From: an uncultured delta proteobacterium
GTDB taxonomy: Bacteria; Desulfobacterota; Desulfomonilia; UBA1062
Length of the DNA: 64,000 nt
Reading direction: 5' to 3'
Assembly: GCA_963785235.1 (NCBI GenBank)
Contig: CAWAUM010000012.1
Coordinates: 64,001-128,000, forward strand
The notes under the pieces are model-generated. The model had not been told where the DNA came from. It made no database searches and saw only the letters and a list, made by a program, of their open reading frames with translations. A program made the translations under genes and the position numbers. Positions 37,029 through 48,220 of the stretch are shown here, piece by piece (positions within the stretch are counted from its first letter, which is position 1; every line of letters begins with the position of its first letter).

Positions 37029-38116
37029 GTTCACCAGATAAAGTCTATAAAAGATTAGCCAGGGTCCTTGATACCCTGCCCAACGGCTTCCCCGCCACGG
37101 ATAACGGCGTGGAGATCACCTTGCTGAAAAAGATTTTCCTGCCTGAAGAGGCTGACCTCTTCTGCGATATGCGCCTGACCTTCGAGACTGCCGAACAGGT
37201 GGCCCGGCGCACGGGGCGTCCCCTGGAAGGCCTTCTGGGGCGATTGATCACCATGGGCCAGCATGGCCAGCTCTTTGCTCTCCCCTTCGGGGATACCTGG
37301 TATTTCAAAATGCTGCCCTTTGTATTCGGCATCTTCGAATTCCAGCTCGGACGCATGGACAAGGAGATGGCTGAACTGTCTGAACAGTATATGCACGTCT
37401 ACGGCATGCAGTTTTTTACAAACAAACCCCAGCTCATGCAGGTACTTCCCATTGAAGAGACGATCTCCTCGGCCCAGGAGGCCCTTCCCTATGAGAAGGT
37501 CTCGGCACTCATCGAGAAAAGCCGCTCGTTCATGGTAAACGAATGCATCTGCAAGAAAGAGCACGCCTTGCTGGGTAAGCCGTGCGACAGGCCTACCGAG
37601 GTCTGCCTGGCCATGGCGCCGGTGCCCGGGGTGTTCGACAAGTCCCCCATAGGCCGCGTGATCACCAAGGATGAGGCGTATGAGTTGCTGAAAAAGACGG
37701 AAGAGGCCGGTCTCGTACACATGACCAACAACTTTCAGAACGGCCAGTTCTTTATCTGCAACTGCTGCAAATGCTGCTGCGGGCCGCTGATGTCAATCAA
37801 CGAACTGGGTATACCGGCATGGGATGCGGTAAACTCACACCATTATGCGGTTATTGATCCGGACACATGTATTGCCTGCGGCATCTGCGCCCTGGAGCGC
37901 TGCCAGGTGGGGGCCATCGAGGAAGGTGACCAGGCATACCGGATCACACCGGAAAAGTGCATCGGCTGCGGTCTGTGCATCAGCACCTGCCCGGTGGAGG
38001 CCATCAGCCTGGTACGGAAAGATCCCGACAAGATCGTACCTCCGCCCATAACCGAAGAGGCCTGGTTCGATGAGCGCGGCAAGCTGCGCGGGGTTGACTT
38101 TACGCCTTATAAATAA
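37025..38116 (+). CDS. 4Fe-4S dicluster protein with a CNCCxCCC motif
   Basis: CICK, EEAGLVH, ICNCCKCCC, CIACGIC and CIGCGLCISTCP. Confidence 0.85.
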   Translation: MSSPDKVYKRLARVLDTLPNGFPATDNGVEITLLKKIFLPEEADLFCDMRLTFETAEQVARRTGRPLEGLLGRLITMGQHGQLFALPFGDTWYFKMLPFVFGIFEFQLGRMDKEMAELSEQYMHVYGMQFFTNKPQLMQVLPIEETISSAQEALPYEKVSALIEKSRSFMVNECICKKEHALLGKPCDRPTEVCLAMAPVPGVFDKSPIGRVITKDEAYELLKKTEEAGLVHMTNNFQNGQFFICNCCKCCCGPLMSINELGIPAWDAVNSHHYAVIDPDTCIACGICALERCQVGAIEEGDQAYRITPEKCIGCGLCISTCPVEAISLVRKDPDKIVPPPITEEAWFDERGKLRGVDFTPYK

Positions 38117-38158
38117 AATTGTTCATCGTGTTGGATGAGAAGGGATCCTCTCCCCTTA

Positions 38159-38247
38159 TGTCATTCCCGCGGACAAGGTCCCCAGAGGGGAAGCGGGAAT
38201 CCAGGTATTTTGAGCAATACTGGACCCCCGCTTTCGCGGGGGTGACA
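38159..38247. repeat. REP/REPIN-like double palindrome, copy 3 (inverted, with a loop insertion)
   Basis: TGTCATTCCCGCGG[insert]AAGCGGGAATCCAG...CTGGACCCCCGCTTTCGCGGGGGTGACA. Confidence 0.85.
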
Positions 38248-38280
38248 CTCATGGAAATTATGGAATTGTTTTTTAATCGG

Positions 38281-38365
38281 TCCGTTCAAAACCACCATCT
38301 TGCAGCCTTCAGGTCCGTCAGAATAAGCATAGAGCCCATGCTGCAAGATGGTGGTTTTGAACGGA
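38281..38365. repeat. 26-bp perfect inverted repeat with a 33-nt spacer (MITE-like)
   Basis: TCCGTTCAAAACCACCATCTTGCAGC ... GCTGCAAGATGGTGGTTTTGAACGGA. Confidence 0.8.
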
Positions 38366-38402
38366 TCAGGTTTTTACCGCCTCGTAAAAGCACCCTCTGC
38401 GC

Positions 38403-39071
38403 CTAATCCAGCACATAGCGAAAATGCCCCGTGATCTTCAGCGGCTCGTTGCTTATATCTTCAGGTAACGGCCCGAACGGGTTCGCCTGCCTAACAGCTG
38501 TTATTGTGGCCTTATCAAGGATGCGGGAACCGGAGCCCTTGAGAACGCCTATATCCATGAGCTCCCCTTTGCTGTTCAATACGAACGAGATGCTTACATC
38601 ACCTTGTTGCCCGATCGCAATGGCTTCCTCGGGATATTTCCACATGAGAAATATCTTGGTCTTGAGACGGTCCAGGTAACTCACGGCCACCTTGCGGTCA
38701 GTCACAAAACTCATTGCCTCCTCAGCCTTAGCTTCGGGCTTTTCAACCTCATTATTGGTTTGCAAAGAGGCTTCCTGGCTGACATCCTTTCGCGTCTGTA
38801 CTTTGGCAGGGTCCTGCACCTGTGCAGAACCATTATCCTGAGCAGCCAACCCGACAAGATTGACCTCAAGAACATCATCCTTGGGGGCTAGTGGATGAAA
38901 GGGGAAGATCATGATCGCAAAAAGTATTATCAAAGCGAAGGCATGCATGAGGGCTGAGACCGCAAAACAGGAAACCGGTCGCCATGTCATGGTAGTATCA
39001 AAAACAGTACCCCTTGTACCTGTCAAGCTGGAACTTCTCAGATAAGTCTTATGAGGAACCGGCCTGGTCAC
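38403..39071 (-). CDS. TonB-family protein (true start probably near 38990)
   Basis: TM with SALMH, C-terminal WKYPEEA...GDVSISF...SGSRILDKA...PFGPLP. Confidence 0.85.
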   Translation of the reverse strand: MTRPVPHKTYLRSSSLTGTRGTVFDTTMTWRPVSCFAVSALMHAFALIILFAIMIFPFHPLAPKDDVLEVNLVGLAAQDNGSAQVQDPAKVQTRKDVSQEASLQTNNEVEKPEAKAEEAMSFVTDRKVAVSYLDRLKTKIFLMWKYPEEAIAIGQQGDVSISFVLNSKGELMDIGVLKGSGSRILDKATITAVRQANPFGPLPEDISNEPLKITGHFRYVLD

Positions 39072-39708
39072 AAATTATCCTGTCCACGAACTCATCAAGG
39101 CTCCCAAGCGAATCGTGAAGACGGGGGCCCTTTCCCCTCCAGACATGAAATGCCTTTACTCCGGCCTCCCTGGGGACCTCACAGTCAAAGAGGATATGGT
39201 CTCCCACATGGACTATCTCTCTATTGACATATGACTTCAGGCGCATAAAGGCTTCACCTTGAGACTTCACCATACCCCAGTCATCAGGCAGGGATACGAT
39301 GGTGTCGAAATAGCCTTCAAGAGAGCAGTGATGTACCTCTTTGTCCAGAAAGGGTCTTGGTGCGTTGGAGAACAGTACCAGCGGATAGCCTTTGTCCTTG
39401 AAGTAAGTAACTGCCCGTAAGGCATCCTCGAAGATCTTGATACGGGGGATGAAACCTTTAATGAGCTCTTCTTCGTCTACATGGCTTAAACCGAAGTAGT
39501 CAAGCCAGTGGGAAAGCTGGTACCACCGGATGGATGCCTCTCCAACGCTGCGGTAGGCATCCATACATAACTGGGCTGCCTCTTCCTGGGCAATGCCACG
39601 GCTTGCGCCCACAAGCCTCGGCAGACCCTCGTTCCAGACACCATCCACAAAAGCCAGGTCGGTCAGAGTCCCGTCAAGGTCAAAGGAAATGCTCAGTCCT
39701 CTTCCCAA
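39049..39708 (-). CDS. HAD-superfamily hydrolase
   Basis: FDLDGTL, FSNA, HVGDHILFD. Confidence 0.9.
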   Translation of the reverse strand: MGRGLSISFDLDGTLTDLAFVDGVWNEGLPRLVGASRGIAQEEAAQLCMDAYRSVGEASIRWYQLSHWLDYFGLSHVDEEELIKGFIPRIKIFEDALRAVTYFKDKGYPLVLFSNAPRPFLDKEVHHCSLEGYFDTIVSLPDDWGMVKSQGEAFMRLKSYVNREIVHVGDHILFDCEVPREAGVKAFHVWRGKGPRLHDSLGSLDEFVDRIICDQAGSS

Positions 39709-41390
39709 ACCTCAACCCTGTCCTTCCATTTTGCTTTGGCTGCATACATTGCGCTGTCGGCCTTCCGGACAAGCTCAGCCTTATCCGGCTGGTTGCTTGT
39801 TATGGTCCCTACACCGATGCTTACCGTAACCTTGGCATTTACGGCCTGGCCATAGGAAAACGGTGTTGATCGTATAGTCTGGCATATCCTCTCGGCAGCT
39901 ATAACCGCCTGCTCGGTATTCGAGTTGGGCAAGATGACGGCAAACTCCTCGCCTCCATAACGCGCCAGTATGTCGATAGTACGGATCGATCCCTTTAACA
40001 GCGCTGCAATCTGTTTGAGCACCATGTCTCCGCACTGGTGGCCATAGCTGTCATTGAAGCGCTTGAAATCGTCGATGTCAAGGATCAGCAGGGACAGCAC
40101 GGCGTCCTTCTGCCTGGTTACCCGCTCGACCTCTTCAGTGAGACGGTCCTGGAAATGACGGTGGTTGTAGACCTCGGTGAGCCCGTCGGTAATGGAAAGC
40201 TGGTTGAGCTTTTCATTGAGGGACTTGAGGTCTTCCGAGGCCTTGTTGAGCTCGCCGGCACGGGCCTCAAGGGCATCCTTCACCTCGGCCATATCCCACA
40301 GGGTGCGCTCCATCTCTGAGTTTTTTTCCAGCAGTTCCAGCTCAAGGGCCTTTTTGTCCGTCACGTCATTGAGCATCATCAGTGCCTTGGCGGGATGTCC
40401 TCTTCTGAAGAGCACCTGGGCATTATATTCAATGTGCACGGCCTGGCCGCTGGAAGTATTGATGACGCATTCGCGTTTCTTGATCTCGGAGCCGTTAATG
40501 AAGAGCTTGCTGAAATCACCCCTGAGAACCTCGGCCTGATCCTCGGTAACGAACTTGGTGAAAAGGCTCCCATTGATTTGATCCTTCGGGTATCCCATGA
40601 TTGAAGCAACATAATCGTTGCAATCGATGATCTTGCCCCTTGGGCTGATGTAAAGAATGCCGGTGGGTGACTTGTCGAACAGCTCGGAGTATTTCTGCTG
40701 ATCTTCCTTCAATGAGCGCTTGAGCTTATTGTTCTCGGTTATGTCATTGAGGATTATCCAGATCAGCTGTCTGGACCCCCTTGCGAGCCAACCCCCTTTG
40801 GCCATAAAGTGAAGTCGTGTACTGCGCTCTGAAGTCAGCATGATCTCACAGACATCACCGGTCGCACCGTCATGATCATACCATCTCTGGCAAGCCCTGA
40901 TGAATTCAGGCCTGCTCTCTCTGGAGATAAGTTCAATAACCTTGGTGCCAAGCACCTGTTCATATTTAAGGCTTAACAGTGAGCAGAGAAAATCATTTGT
41001 ATAGACAACCTTCCCTTCATCAATAACGAGGCATCCCATAGAAGCAGTGGTGAACATGCGGACAAAGGTATCGCGATCGGCATATTCCATGACGGGTTTG
41101 TGTTTCGGCAACTCTTCACAAAAGGCGATCACCCGGCAGGTATCCAAAGGTATGGGCGTGCAGGTAAAGTTATACACTTGTGAGTTTGACGAGGTCAGGG
41201 AGATGGTACCGGGCACATGCTGCACGGCCGTAAAAAGCTCGGGTATTTCTTCCAGGTTCTTTTTGAGCTGCTCGCCAATGACGCCCAGCCTCTTTGCAAG
41301 GCCATCACTGACATAATCCACCTCCGTATCTTTTATCAGAACAAAATACGGAGAGAGGATAGCCTCAAATTGTGCTATATCAACGTCCAT
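39693..41390 (-). CDS. PAS-PAS-coiled-coil diguanylate cyclase
   Basis: Two PAS domains, TDGLT, DIDDFK, RTID I-site, RYGGEEF. Confidence 0.95.
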   Translation of the reverse strand: MDVDIAQFEAILSPYFVLIKDTEVDYVSDGLAKRLGVIGEQLKKNLEEIPELFTAVQHVPGTISLTSSNSQVYNFTCTPIPLDTCRVIAFCEELPKHKPVMEYADRDTFVRMFTTASMGCLVIDEGKVVYTNDFLCSLLSLKYEQVLGTKVIELISRESRPEFIRACQRWYDHDGATGDVCEIMLTSERSTRLHFMAKGGWLARGSRQLIWIILNDITENNKLKRSLKEDQQKYSELFDKSPTGILYISPRGKIIDCNDYVASIMGYPKDQINGSLFTKFVTEDQAEVLRGDFSKLFINGSEIKKRECVINTSSGQAVHIEYNAQVLFRRGHPAKALMMLNDVTDKKALELELLEKNSEMERTLWDMAEVKDALEARAGELNKASEDLKSLNEKLNQLSITDGLTEVYNHRHFQDRLTEEVERVTRQKDAVLSLLILDIDDFKRFNDSYGHQCGDMVLKQIAALLKGSIRTIDILARYGGEEFAVILPNSNTEQAVIAAERICQTIRSTPFSYGQAVNAKVTVSIGVGTITSNQPDKAELVRKADSAMYAAKAKWKDRVEVWEED

Positions 41391-42053
41391 ACCTTATGTG
41401 CGTCCTCGGCAACCTCCCGGGAAAGATGCATGTCGGACAACACCTGCTCGATCTCGTGCCGTGCAATCTCAATGTCCATGGCATCCTGCAATATCCTGAT
41501 AATGTCCTCCACACTCGCCCCACCCGTGAGCTGGAGCACCTTTTCCGTGAACGAGAGGAGGTCCTCATGCTTTGTCCAGGGGAACATGACCCACCGCCAC
41601 TCACCCATGGTCTTGGAGCAGAAGTCAGCTTTCAGGCGTGAATCCGACTTACTCACCAGGACAGCCGTACGGATGTCTTTAACCCGCGGCGCGAGGTATG
41701 AAACTACCGCCTCCAGGGTTCCACCTTCATCGGATACATCGTCGACTACCAGCACACGCTTGAGTGTTAGATCAACATCCGGCAGCGGGAAGACTGATCT
41801 TGGCCTCTTCGCTCAAAGATGCCTCACCCTCCCAATGTCCCATCTGAAAGGTGCAGATATATTTCTTCTGAAGAAAATCCATCAGGATACGGGCTGGGGC
41901 AAGCCCACCCCTGGCCACACCGATAATTACATCCGGATCATAACCCTGACCCTTCATGTCGAGAAAGACCTTCCAGAGAAGATCCTCCACTTCCTCCCAG
42001 GACAGTCTGATGGCCTGGGGAAAATGCTTATTGAATTCGTTTTGATTATTCAT
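41375..42053 (-). CDS. Type I phosphoribosyltransferase, frameshift near 41785
   Basis: IIGVARGG in one frame and VVDDVSDEGGT / WVMFPW in the next. Confidence 0.85.
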
Positions 42054-42054
42054 T

Positions 42055-43125
42055 TCATTGCCCCTCTGGGTCAGGTTCCTTATCGTTTTGCATCTCATCG
42101 GGAACCTTTCTTTCCGGCTGGCGCCGGTCAATGGATGCAGGTGGCTGGGTCGGTGACGCTATTTCCTGTTTCAGGCGCTCTGCCTGTCGGCGATCAAAGG
42201 GAGAAGGCAGCGACTGAGGGACCGTATCGACATCTTGTGCCTGGCCGGCCGGCATCTGAGAGCCGGCATCTGCCTCATGTTGGTGTTCATCATGCGAAAC
42301 CTCGGCCTCTCTATGCTTCCCCTGAGGCTGAACCTTGTTGCCTGGCCTGGAGAGTCATATCCGGGACCAAGGGACTTTTTTATTGCCTCGGGGAGGTTGA
42401 GTTCGCCGGTAATGGCAAGCCTTGACCTTTTCATCTCACTTGAAAACCTGATACTTCCGTTCATGGTCCCTGAAAATTCACCGATGAAGTCAACCTTTTC
42501 CAGGTTCAAAAGGCCCTTATCTATGCGACCGTCAAAATCCAGGTTTTCGAAAACCAGTGAATCGAAGGGGAGTGACTCCATGCCGAGCGGCAGGGTGCCC
42601 TTCTTCCAGGTAAGCGCCAGGTTTCCTGTAGCCTTGTCAAGGGAATTGCGCAGTGTGGTGAGGTTAAGCTCCCCGCTCACGATCCCCTTGGGAGTCAAGC
42701 TCGGGGGGAAAACCTTTGAAAGCCCGGACAGGTCAACATTCGTCATATTGAGCGTAATATTCATGGGGCTCTTGTCTTTTCTGAAGGGGAGCATCATGTG
42801 TCCATCCGTCTTACCGGACACCAGGTCGGCATGAAACCCGAAGCCCAGGCTGCCCCTGAAGATGTCCCACGGTTTCGGCGAGATGGTGAGTCGCTTGGCA
42901 ATGGGAATACCTTTGATCTCGAGAGAGTCTATGGTGAAACCCCACAGGAGGTTGGGGCTTATATGGCCCAAGGTAACCTGGTTCCCCATGACATTTGTCA
43001 AGGCGTCTTCAACCTTGTATTTTATGGAGTCATAGGAAAAGCGCAGCCAGATGAATACCACCAGGCACAGCGCCGCATACAGACCGAGCCCGATCTTTAT
43101 GAATATGCGATACCGCGCCTGGCAT
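42055..43125 (-). CDS. gspN: T2SS protein GspN, frameshifted at both ends
   Basis: N-terminal TM then WLRFSYD; beta-rich body ending LRGSIERP; last gene of the gsp run. Confidence 0.7.
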
Positions 43126-43726
43126 CAGCCATAGGAGACCACCTGGAATGTCACGTCGATATTCCCTTCCTTATCCATTTTCTTCAGATTCAGCCGTTTT
43201 ATCTTTACCGGGTGCGGGGTGTTCTCAATGCCGAAGAGCAGGCCGATGAGGTCTTCCTGGTAGAGCCCCCGGATCTTTACCTCTACGGATTCACGTGCAG
43301 CCTCGGTGGTATCGGTGATGGGCTTCATGTACTCGATCCTGTCATTGATCTTGAGCTGGGCGGAGAGTTCTTCCAGGTAGCCGAACAGGGTGAACTGTTT
43401 GCCCCCCAAGGCGGCGCTGGAATCGACTTTGCCTGAAGCCCCCTGATGACGGCCGACATGGTATAGATCTTCCTCAGCTGGGCATCTTTGGATACGAAGG
43501 ATTTCTCAAGGTTTGACTTATAGTGCATGAGCGGACCTATTATGCCGGCCAGGAGAATGAACAGGCTCACAAAAACCGCCCCGCCGATGACGATGAGCCG
43601 CTCCCTGGGTGCAAGTCCGGCCACGTAGTCCAGCACCCTGCCGAGGGCCTGCTCTAGGGGCAATGCAAGCTCTTTGAGCTTGTGGGTATTGACCTTGATG
43701 GGTATCTTGAATTTTATTTTTTGCAT
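43125..43726 (-). CDS. gspM: T2SS protein GspM, frameshifted
   Basis: LAPRER plus TM; C-terminal VEVKIRGL..EDLIGLLFGIE. Confidence 0.75.
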
Positions 43727-45237
43727 ACGAGCTTCAGCTTCACCTTCTGGTCGGTTTTGTCCACATTTGCAGAGACGATCTTCACCTCTTTCACGTACGG
43801 CAGCTTGGCAATTACTGCCTGCATCTGCTCCACATTGTTATAGCTGGTTGTGCTGCCCGAGAGCGTAATGCTTTCCTGGTCGATATTGATGGAATCAAAG
43901 ACAACGTCAAGGGTTGCAGGGATGCCCGCGCTCAGGTCCTTGAGGATTTCAAGGGGCGAATCGGCCGCGGCCCCGTCAAGGGTTCCGGCCTGTCCCGAGA
44001 GTCTGCCCAGGTGCTGCTCCATCTGCTTGATGGGTCCACCAGAGGGGTTCCCTTGGGCATGACGGATGCAAACTCGGCATTGATCTTTCTCGTGAGGCCG
44101 GCATTTGTTCTCGCCATGAGAAAGACATCCAGGAAAGCCCGAAGATCCAGACCACCAGAAGCACGAGTGCGGCCTTGACCCATGGACCTGCATAGCCCTT
44201 GAGCTTTTTCATGTGCTTGGCCAGGCCGAGCTCGCCCTGGCGGAAATTGGTCTCATCCGTCTCATCAAAGCCCCTGCAGGCTAAGGAGGCGCTCAGGAAA
44301 CCCGGCCAGGAGGTCATCCATGGACCCTTCGAATTTGACATCCTTGAGCGTCGGGGCAAGAACGCTCATTCCCAGTGAAGCCTCTGCCCTCTGAGGAAGG
44401 TCTTTTATGAGATGCGCATATCCGGTGGCCAGCAGGACCTGCTCCCCTTCAAGTCTCACCGCTCTTCTCAAGCATGATGGAGATCTCCCGGAAAAAGCCT
44501 GTGAGGCGCTCACCCGGCGTCTATTGTCCCTGGTTGCATCTTTTCTACAAGCGCTGCAGCTGCCTGCGCATCGCCAGGGGTATCTGTGGAGGCGACCCTT
44601 TCAAATCCCAGCGGCAATGATCCGATGTACTTGATGGTCTTGCCCATAAGGACCGCCACGGAGGATCTCCGACCACCCCATATGCACGACCACTACAATC
44701 TGATCGTCCGGCAGATCGAGCAAAGCCCTGGCCCCTGCAGCTATCGAAGCGCTGGGACAGTCCACAATCTCCGGATCAAGACCGGCATTCCTTGCAAACC
44801 GTAACAAGATTCTGCACCGATGTGGTGCGCGCGCTGAGCGACTGAATGATGTGCGATCCGCCATTGTCCTTGCCCATGAGCACGAAATCCACGACCAGCC
44901 TGGAATCCATGGAGGGCAGCAGGGTCTCCACCTCGGAACTGATGGTCTCCGTGATCTTCTTGCGGTCGGAAAAGGGCCTTAAGAGTGTACGGTACATGAT
45001 CTCGGACTCGTCCAGGCAGGTCACGCAGGTCTCTGGTTGCCCGCCCAGCTGCTGGATAAAGGATTTCAGATCTTCGGAGATTGTATGGACAGGTCTAAGC
45101 GCCTGGCTCAACTCACGCGGGATGCGCATAAACTTTTCTATAGCGGTATCGGCTATCCCGGAGCGGATAATGCACCCCTGCACCTGGCGATCATCCCAGC
45201 ACACACCTAATGTTTTCCGCGTAATGACAGTTCTCAT
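43714..45237 (-). CDS. gspL: T2SS protein GspL, multiple frameshifts
   Basis: Fragments of the actin-like cytoplasmic domain, NFRQGEL plus TM, and PilN-like SPLEILKDLS...ITLSG. Confidence 0.75.
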
Positions 45238-45243
45238 ACCACC

Positions 45244-46220
45244 TCAGTGAATCCTATAATACACTATTCGCGCATTATTGTTAATGCGTTCCAGCACTGA
45301 CTTCACATTAACCTGCGCCCCTGAGGGCATAACACCTTTTACATCTACTGAAAAGCGTGAGCTCTTGACAACAAGAACGTTATTTTTAATCCAGTTGCTT
45401 TCGTCCGATCCATCCGAGAGGTTAAGGCCCTGGACACAGGAGAAGTTCTGGCCGGTGAACGGCCTGCACGCAATGATGCTGCTTACCACGTCATCATTGA
45501 AATGTTGTTCCGATATGGCCTTGAGAACCATCTCGGATGCCGTGTTGATGTTGATCTTTCCCCCTGTGCCCACTGTCACATAGTTCTTAAGGCCGTCATA
45601 GTTCTCGGTGCCGAAAAAATACTCTTTCTTCATTCCCTTTACCAGCAGGATCTCTTCGATACTGTCCATGGGGGCGTTCTTGCAATGATACGGGGGCTCC
45701 AACGTCAGGTAGTATTCATTCTCGGCGCCTCCTATGGTAATCTCGCTGTCGGCATCCAGCCAGTCAATGACGGAATTGGCGAGGTCATCGAACTCCTCCT
45801 GGGTGATGTCGATATTCTGCAGGGTAAAAAGCCTGCTTGAACTGCTGTTTCCTGAATTCAGTATAATTGTCTTTAACGGCCAGGCTGTTCAGGTCAAATT
45901 TGGAGCATTCATCCGTGATGGTGCCGGTGAGCTGCGAACCGTCAAGGTAACCCGAAGCAGTGGCGGCATATGCCGGGAACTCGCCCCATTGCTCATCAAG
46001 GGAGTCATGGCTCAGATCATCCTGGACAAGGATGACCTGTGGCGGCCTCCACGCCTGCCAGGGCGATATACTGGGCCTGGATGGAGTCGTGGAAATTGTA
46101 TGCCAGCTCGATATCCAGGCTCTCGTCGGAACTGAAGGTGATGATCATGGCGGAAAACAGCGCCACCATGCTCAGCACTAAGATGAGGACGACCCCTCTT
46201 TTGTCTTTAAGCCTGACCAT
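45244..46220 (-). CDS. gspK: T2SS minor pseudopilin GspK, multiple frameshifts
   Basis: KRGVVLILVL, IDWLDAD, CKNAPMDSIEEILLVKG, KININTAS. Confidence 0.85.
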
Positions 46221-46227
46221 GCGTAGG

Positions 46228-46924
46228 CTAACCCTGTGGGGGCATCAGTCTGATGCCGGACAGCGGCAGGGCCGCTGTGCCTGTAAAGGTCAGCTTTCCT
46301 TGCCTGCCTCGAAGGTGAGTGTCACCTTGACCTGTTTCGGCAGGGCCAGCTTCTTGGAAAGGTCCCATTCCTTTGCCTCCTGGTTTGAATCATCGATGTA
46401 GATGATATTCATGCCCAGCACGTCTTCTGCGAGCTCCATTTCACTGCCTGCCTTGGAGGGCCCGTAATGGGGGGTAGGGTCTTCCCGGCGCATGAGGGTA
46501 TAGATATCCTTCTTGTTCTCCATCTCCTTGAGATAATAGGCCACTTCGCAGACCCCGCCCGGCACCTTTGAAAACCCGATGTCCGTTGTAGTGGTGATGG
46601 AAATGGTGTCCTTGTCCGTGCTGTCGCTCTCGTCATTGGTCCCCACAAACCGGTACATGGACATATCCTCGATCGTCATGGTGGGTCTCAGCGAAGGTGA
46701 AGGTATGTAGGCACAGGTCAGGTCCTTTATCATCCTGTCCATGACGATCCGGACCTCTGGTAAGCCTCGCGCTGCGAGCGGACGGCCTCGATATTTTTGT
46801 TGGACTGAAAAAAGGCGAAGTTTACGATTGTTATGATAACTGCCGTAATGGCTATTGCCAGCAGCAGCTCCAGGAGGGTGAAGCCTTTATTTTGTAGAGA
46901 TAAAGGTGATGATTTTCGTCTCAA
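46228..46924 (-). CDS. gspJ: T2SS minor pseudopilin GspJ, frameshifted
   Basis: GFTLLELLLAIAI; LPKQVKVTL. Confidence 0.82.
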
Positions 46925-47246
46925 GGGGACTCCCCGTCCCGCCCCATTTCACTGCCAGGCTGTATTTAAGGTATCCGATCAGTGGGGTGGTTTCAATGTT
47001 TTCCGAATACGTATACCCCTTGTAGTCTTCGCCGAAATCCCCCTTGCTGTCCCCGGGAGTGGCGGTGCGCACCCCTGAGGTGACATCGGCTATACGCGCC
47101 TGGGCGAGAAGGCTCGATGTTGTGAGGAAGCGCGACCTTATGGCCATGTCGATTCCCTGGCTCTCCGCAGAAAGAAGCCACAGGAAGGAGATGCTCAGGA
47201 TCACGAGGGCAACAAGCACCTCCAGCAGGGTGAACCCCCTATCCAT
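46887..47246 (-). CDS. gspI: T2SS minor pseudopilin GspI
   Basis: GFTLLEVLVAL; 119 aa; lies between gspH and gspJ. Confidence 0.82.
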   Translation of the reverse strand: MDRGFTLLEVLVALVILSISFLWLLSAESQGIDMAIRSRFLTTSSLLAQARIADVTSGVRTATPGDSKGDFGEDYKGYTYSENIETTPLIGYLKYSLAVKWGGTGSPLETKIITFISTK

Positions 47247-47793
47247 AGGTTATCTCCACGAAGTGGTCATAGAACTTGAGTGCCCCTGAAAAAGGTTTCA
47301 CGACAAGGGTGTAGGTGGTCCCGAGGGCGCCCTCAAGATATATCACCCCCTGCTCCACCACACCCTCGGTGGTGATCTTCAGGTCCATCTCGCCACGGTC
47401 CTTTTCGGACTGATAGGGTGTCTTGATGTTCTTCAATACGACGCCATCAGGCATTTTCCTCTCTTTAAGCATCTCGGGCACCACCCCTGAGGTCTCGGGC
47501 ATGGGATACAGCGCTATTTTGGCATTATCCAGATCGAACCGGATGAAAAAGGTTTTATGCTGGGTGATGGCCGTAGACCTGCCCACCTGGATCATGGTTG
47601 TGATATCCCTTACCGCGCGGTCCATGTTGGAAGTGGACAGGCCGCTGAAGATCCGCGGGCCGATATAGCCGAGCGTAATGCCCACGATCACCAGCACGAT
47701 CATCAGCTCTATGAGGGTGAACCCGTTCCTACTTCTTCTCAGACTGTGCTCCCTCTTGTGTCTCGTTTTCCCAGTTCCCGATATCGGCACCAT
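47239..47793 (-). CDS. gspH: T2SS minor pseudopilin GspH
   Basis: GFTLIELMIVLVIVG; overlaps the 3' end of gspG. Confidence 0.8.
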   Translation of the reverse strand: MVPISGTGKTRHKREHSLRRSRNGFTLIELMIVLVIVGITLGYIGPRIFSGLSTSNMDRAVRDITTMIQVGRSTAITQHKTFFIRFDLDNAKIALYPMPETSGVVPEMLKERKMPDGVVLKNIKTPYQSEKDRGEMDLKITTEGVVEQGVIYLEGALGTTYTLVVKPFSGALKFYDHFVEITYG

Positions 47794-48199
47794 CGCCCTC
47801 TCCACCCTGCTGTCCGTCGGCAGCGTATGAGTAGAGGTCAAAACCGTTGGGGTTTCTCACGCCGGGAAACATATAGACATAATCATTCTTCCACGGGTCT
47901 TTGGGCAGTTTGCTCTTGTCAAGGTAACCGCCCTCCCTCCAGCTCCTGGGGACGGTTCCGGTTGCGGGCTTTTCCACCAGGGCCTTGAGCCCCTGCTCGG
48001 TGGTGGGATATTCGCCGCTGTCGAGCTTGTACATCTTCAGGGCATTTTCCAGGGCCTGAATCTGGATCTGGGCCTGTGTCCGGCGGGCCTCCTCGGGCTT
48101 GCCCATAATCCTTATGCCCACAAAGGTTGCCAGTATGCTCAGGATGACGATTACCACGAGGAGTTCTATCAGGGTGAATCCTTTTCTGTTTCTATACAT
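47729..48199 (-). CDS. gspG: T2SS major pseudopilin GspG
   Basis: GFTLIELLVV, YPTTEQGLKAL, LPKDPW, GADIGNW. Confidence 0.97.
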   Translation of the reverse strand: MYRNRKGFTLIELLVVIVILSILATFVGIRIMGKPEEARRTQAQIQIQALENALKMYKLDSGEYPTTEQGLKALVEKPATGTVPRSWREGGYLDKSKLPKDPWKNDYVYMFPGVRNPNGFDLYSYAADGQQGGEGDGADIGNWENETQEGAQSEKK

Positions 48200-48220
48200 G
48201 CGCTCTCACCTCTTTCATTT

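Noticed and set aside
38119-38406. ORFs 38119-38406 and 38161-38346
   Set aside because: They merely translate the palindromic repeats
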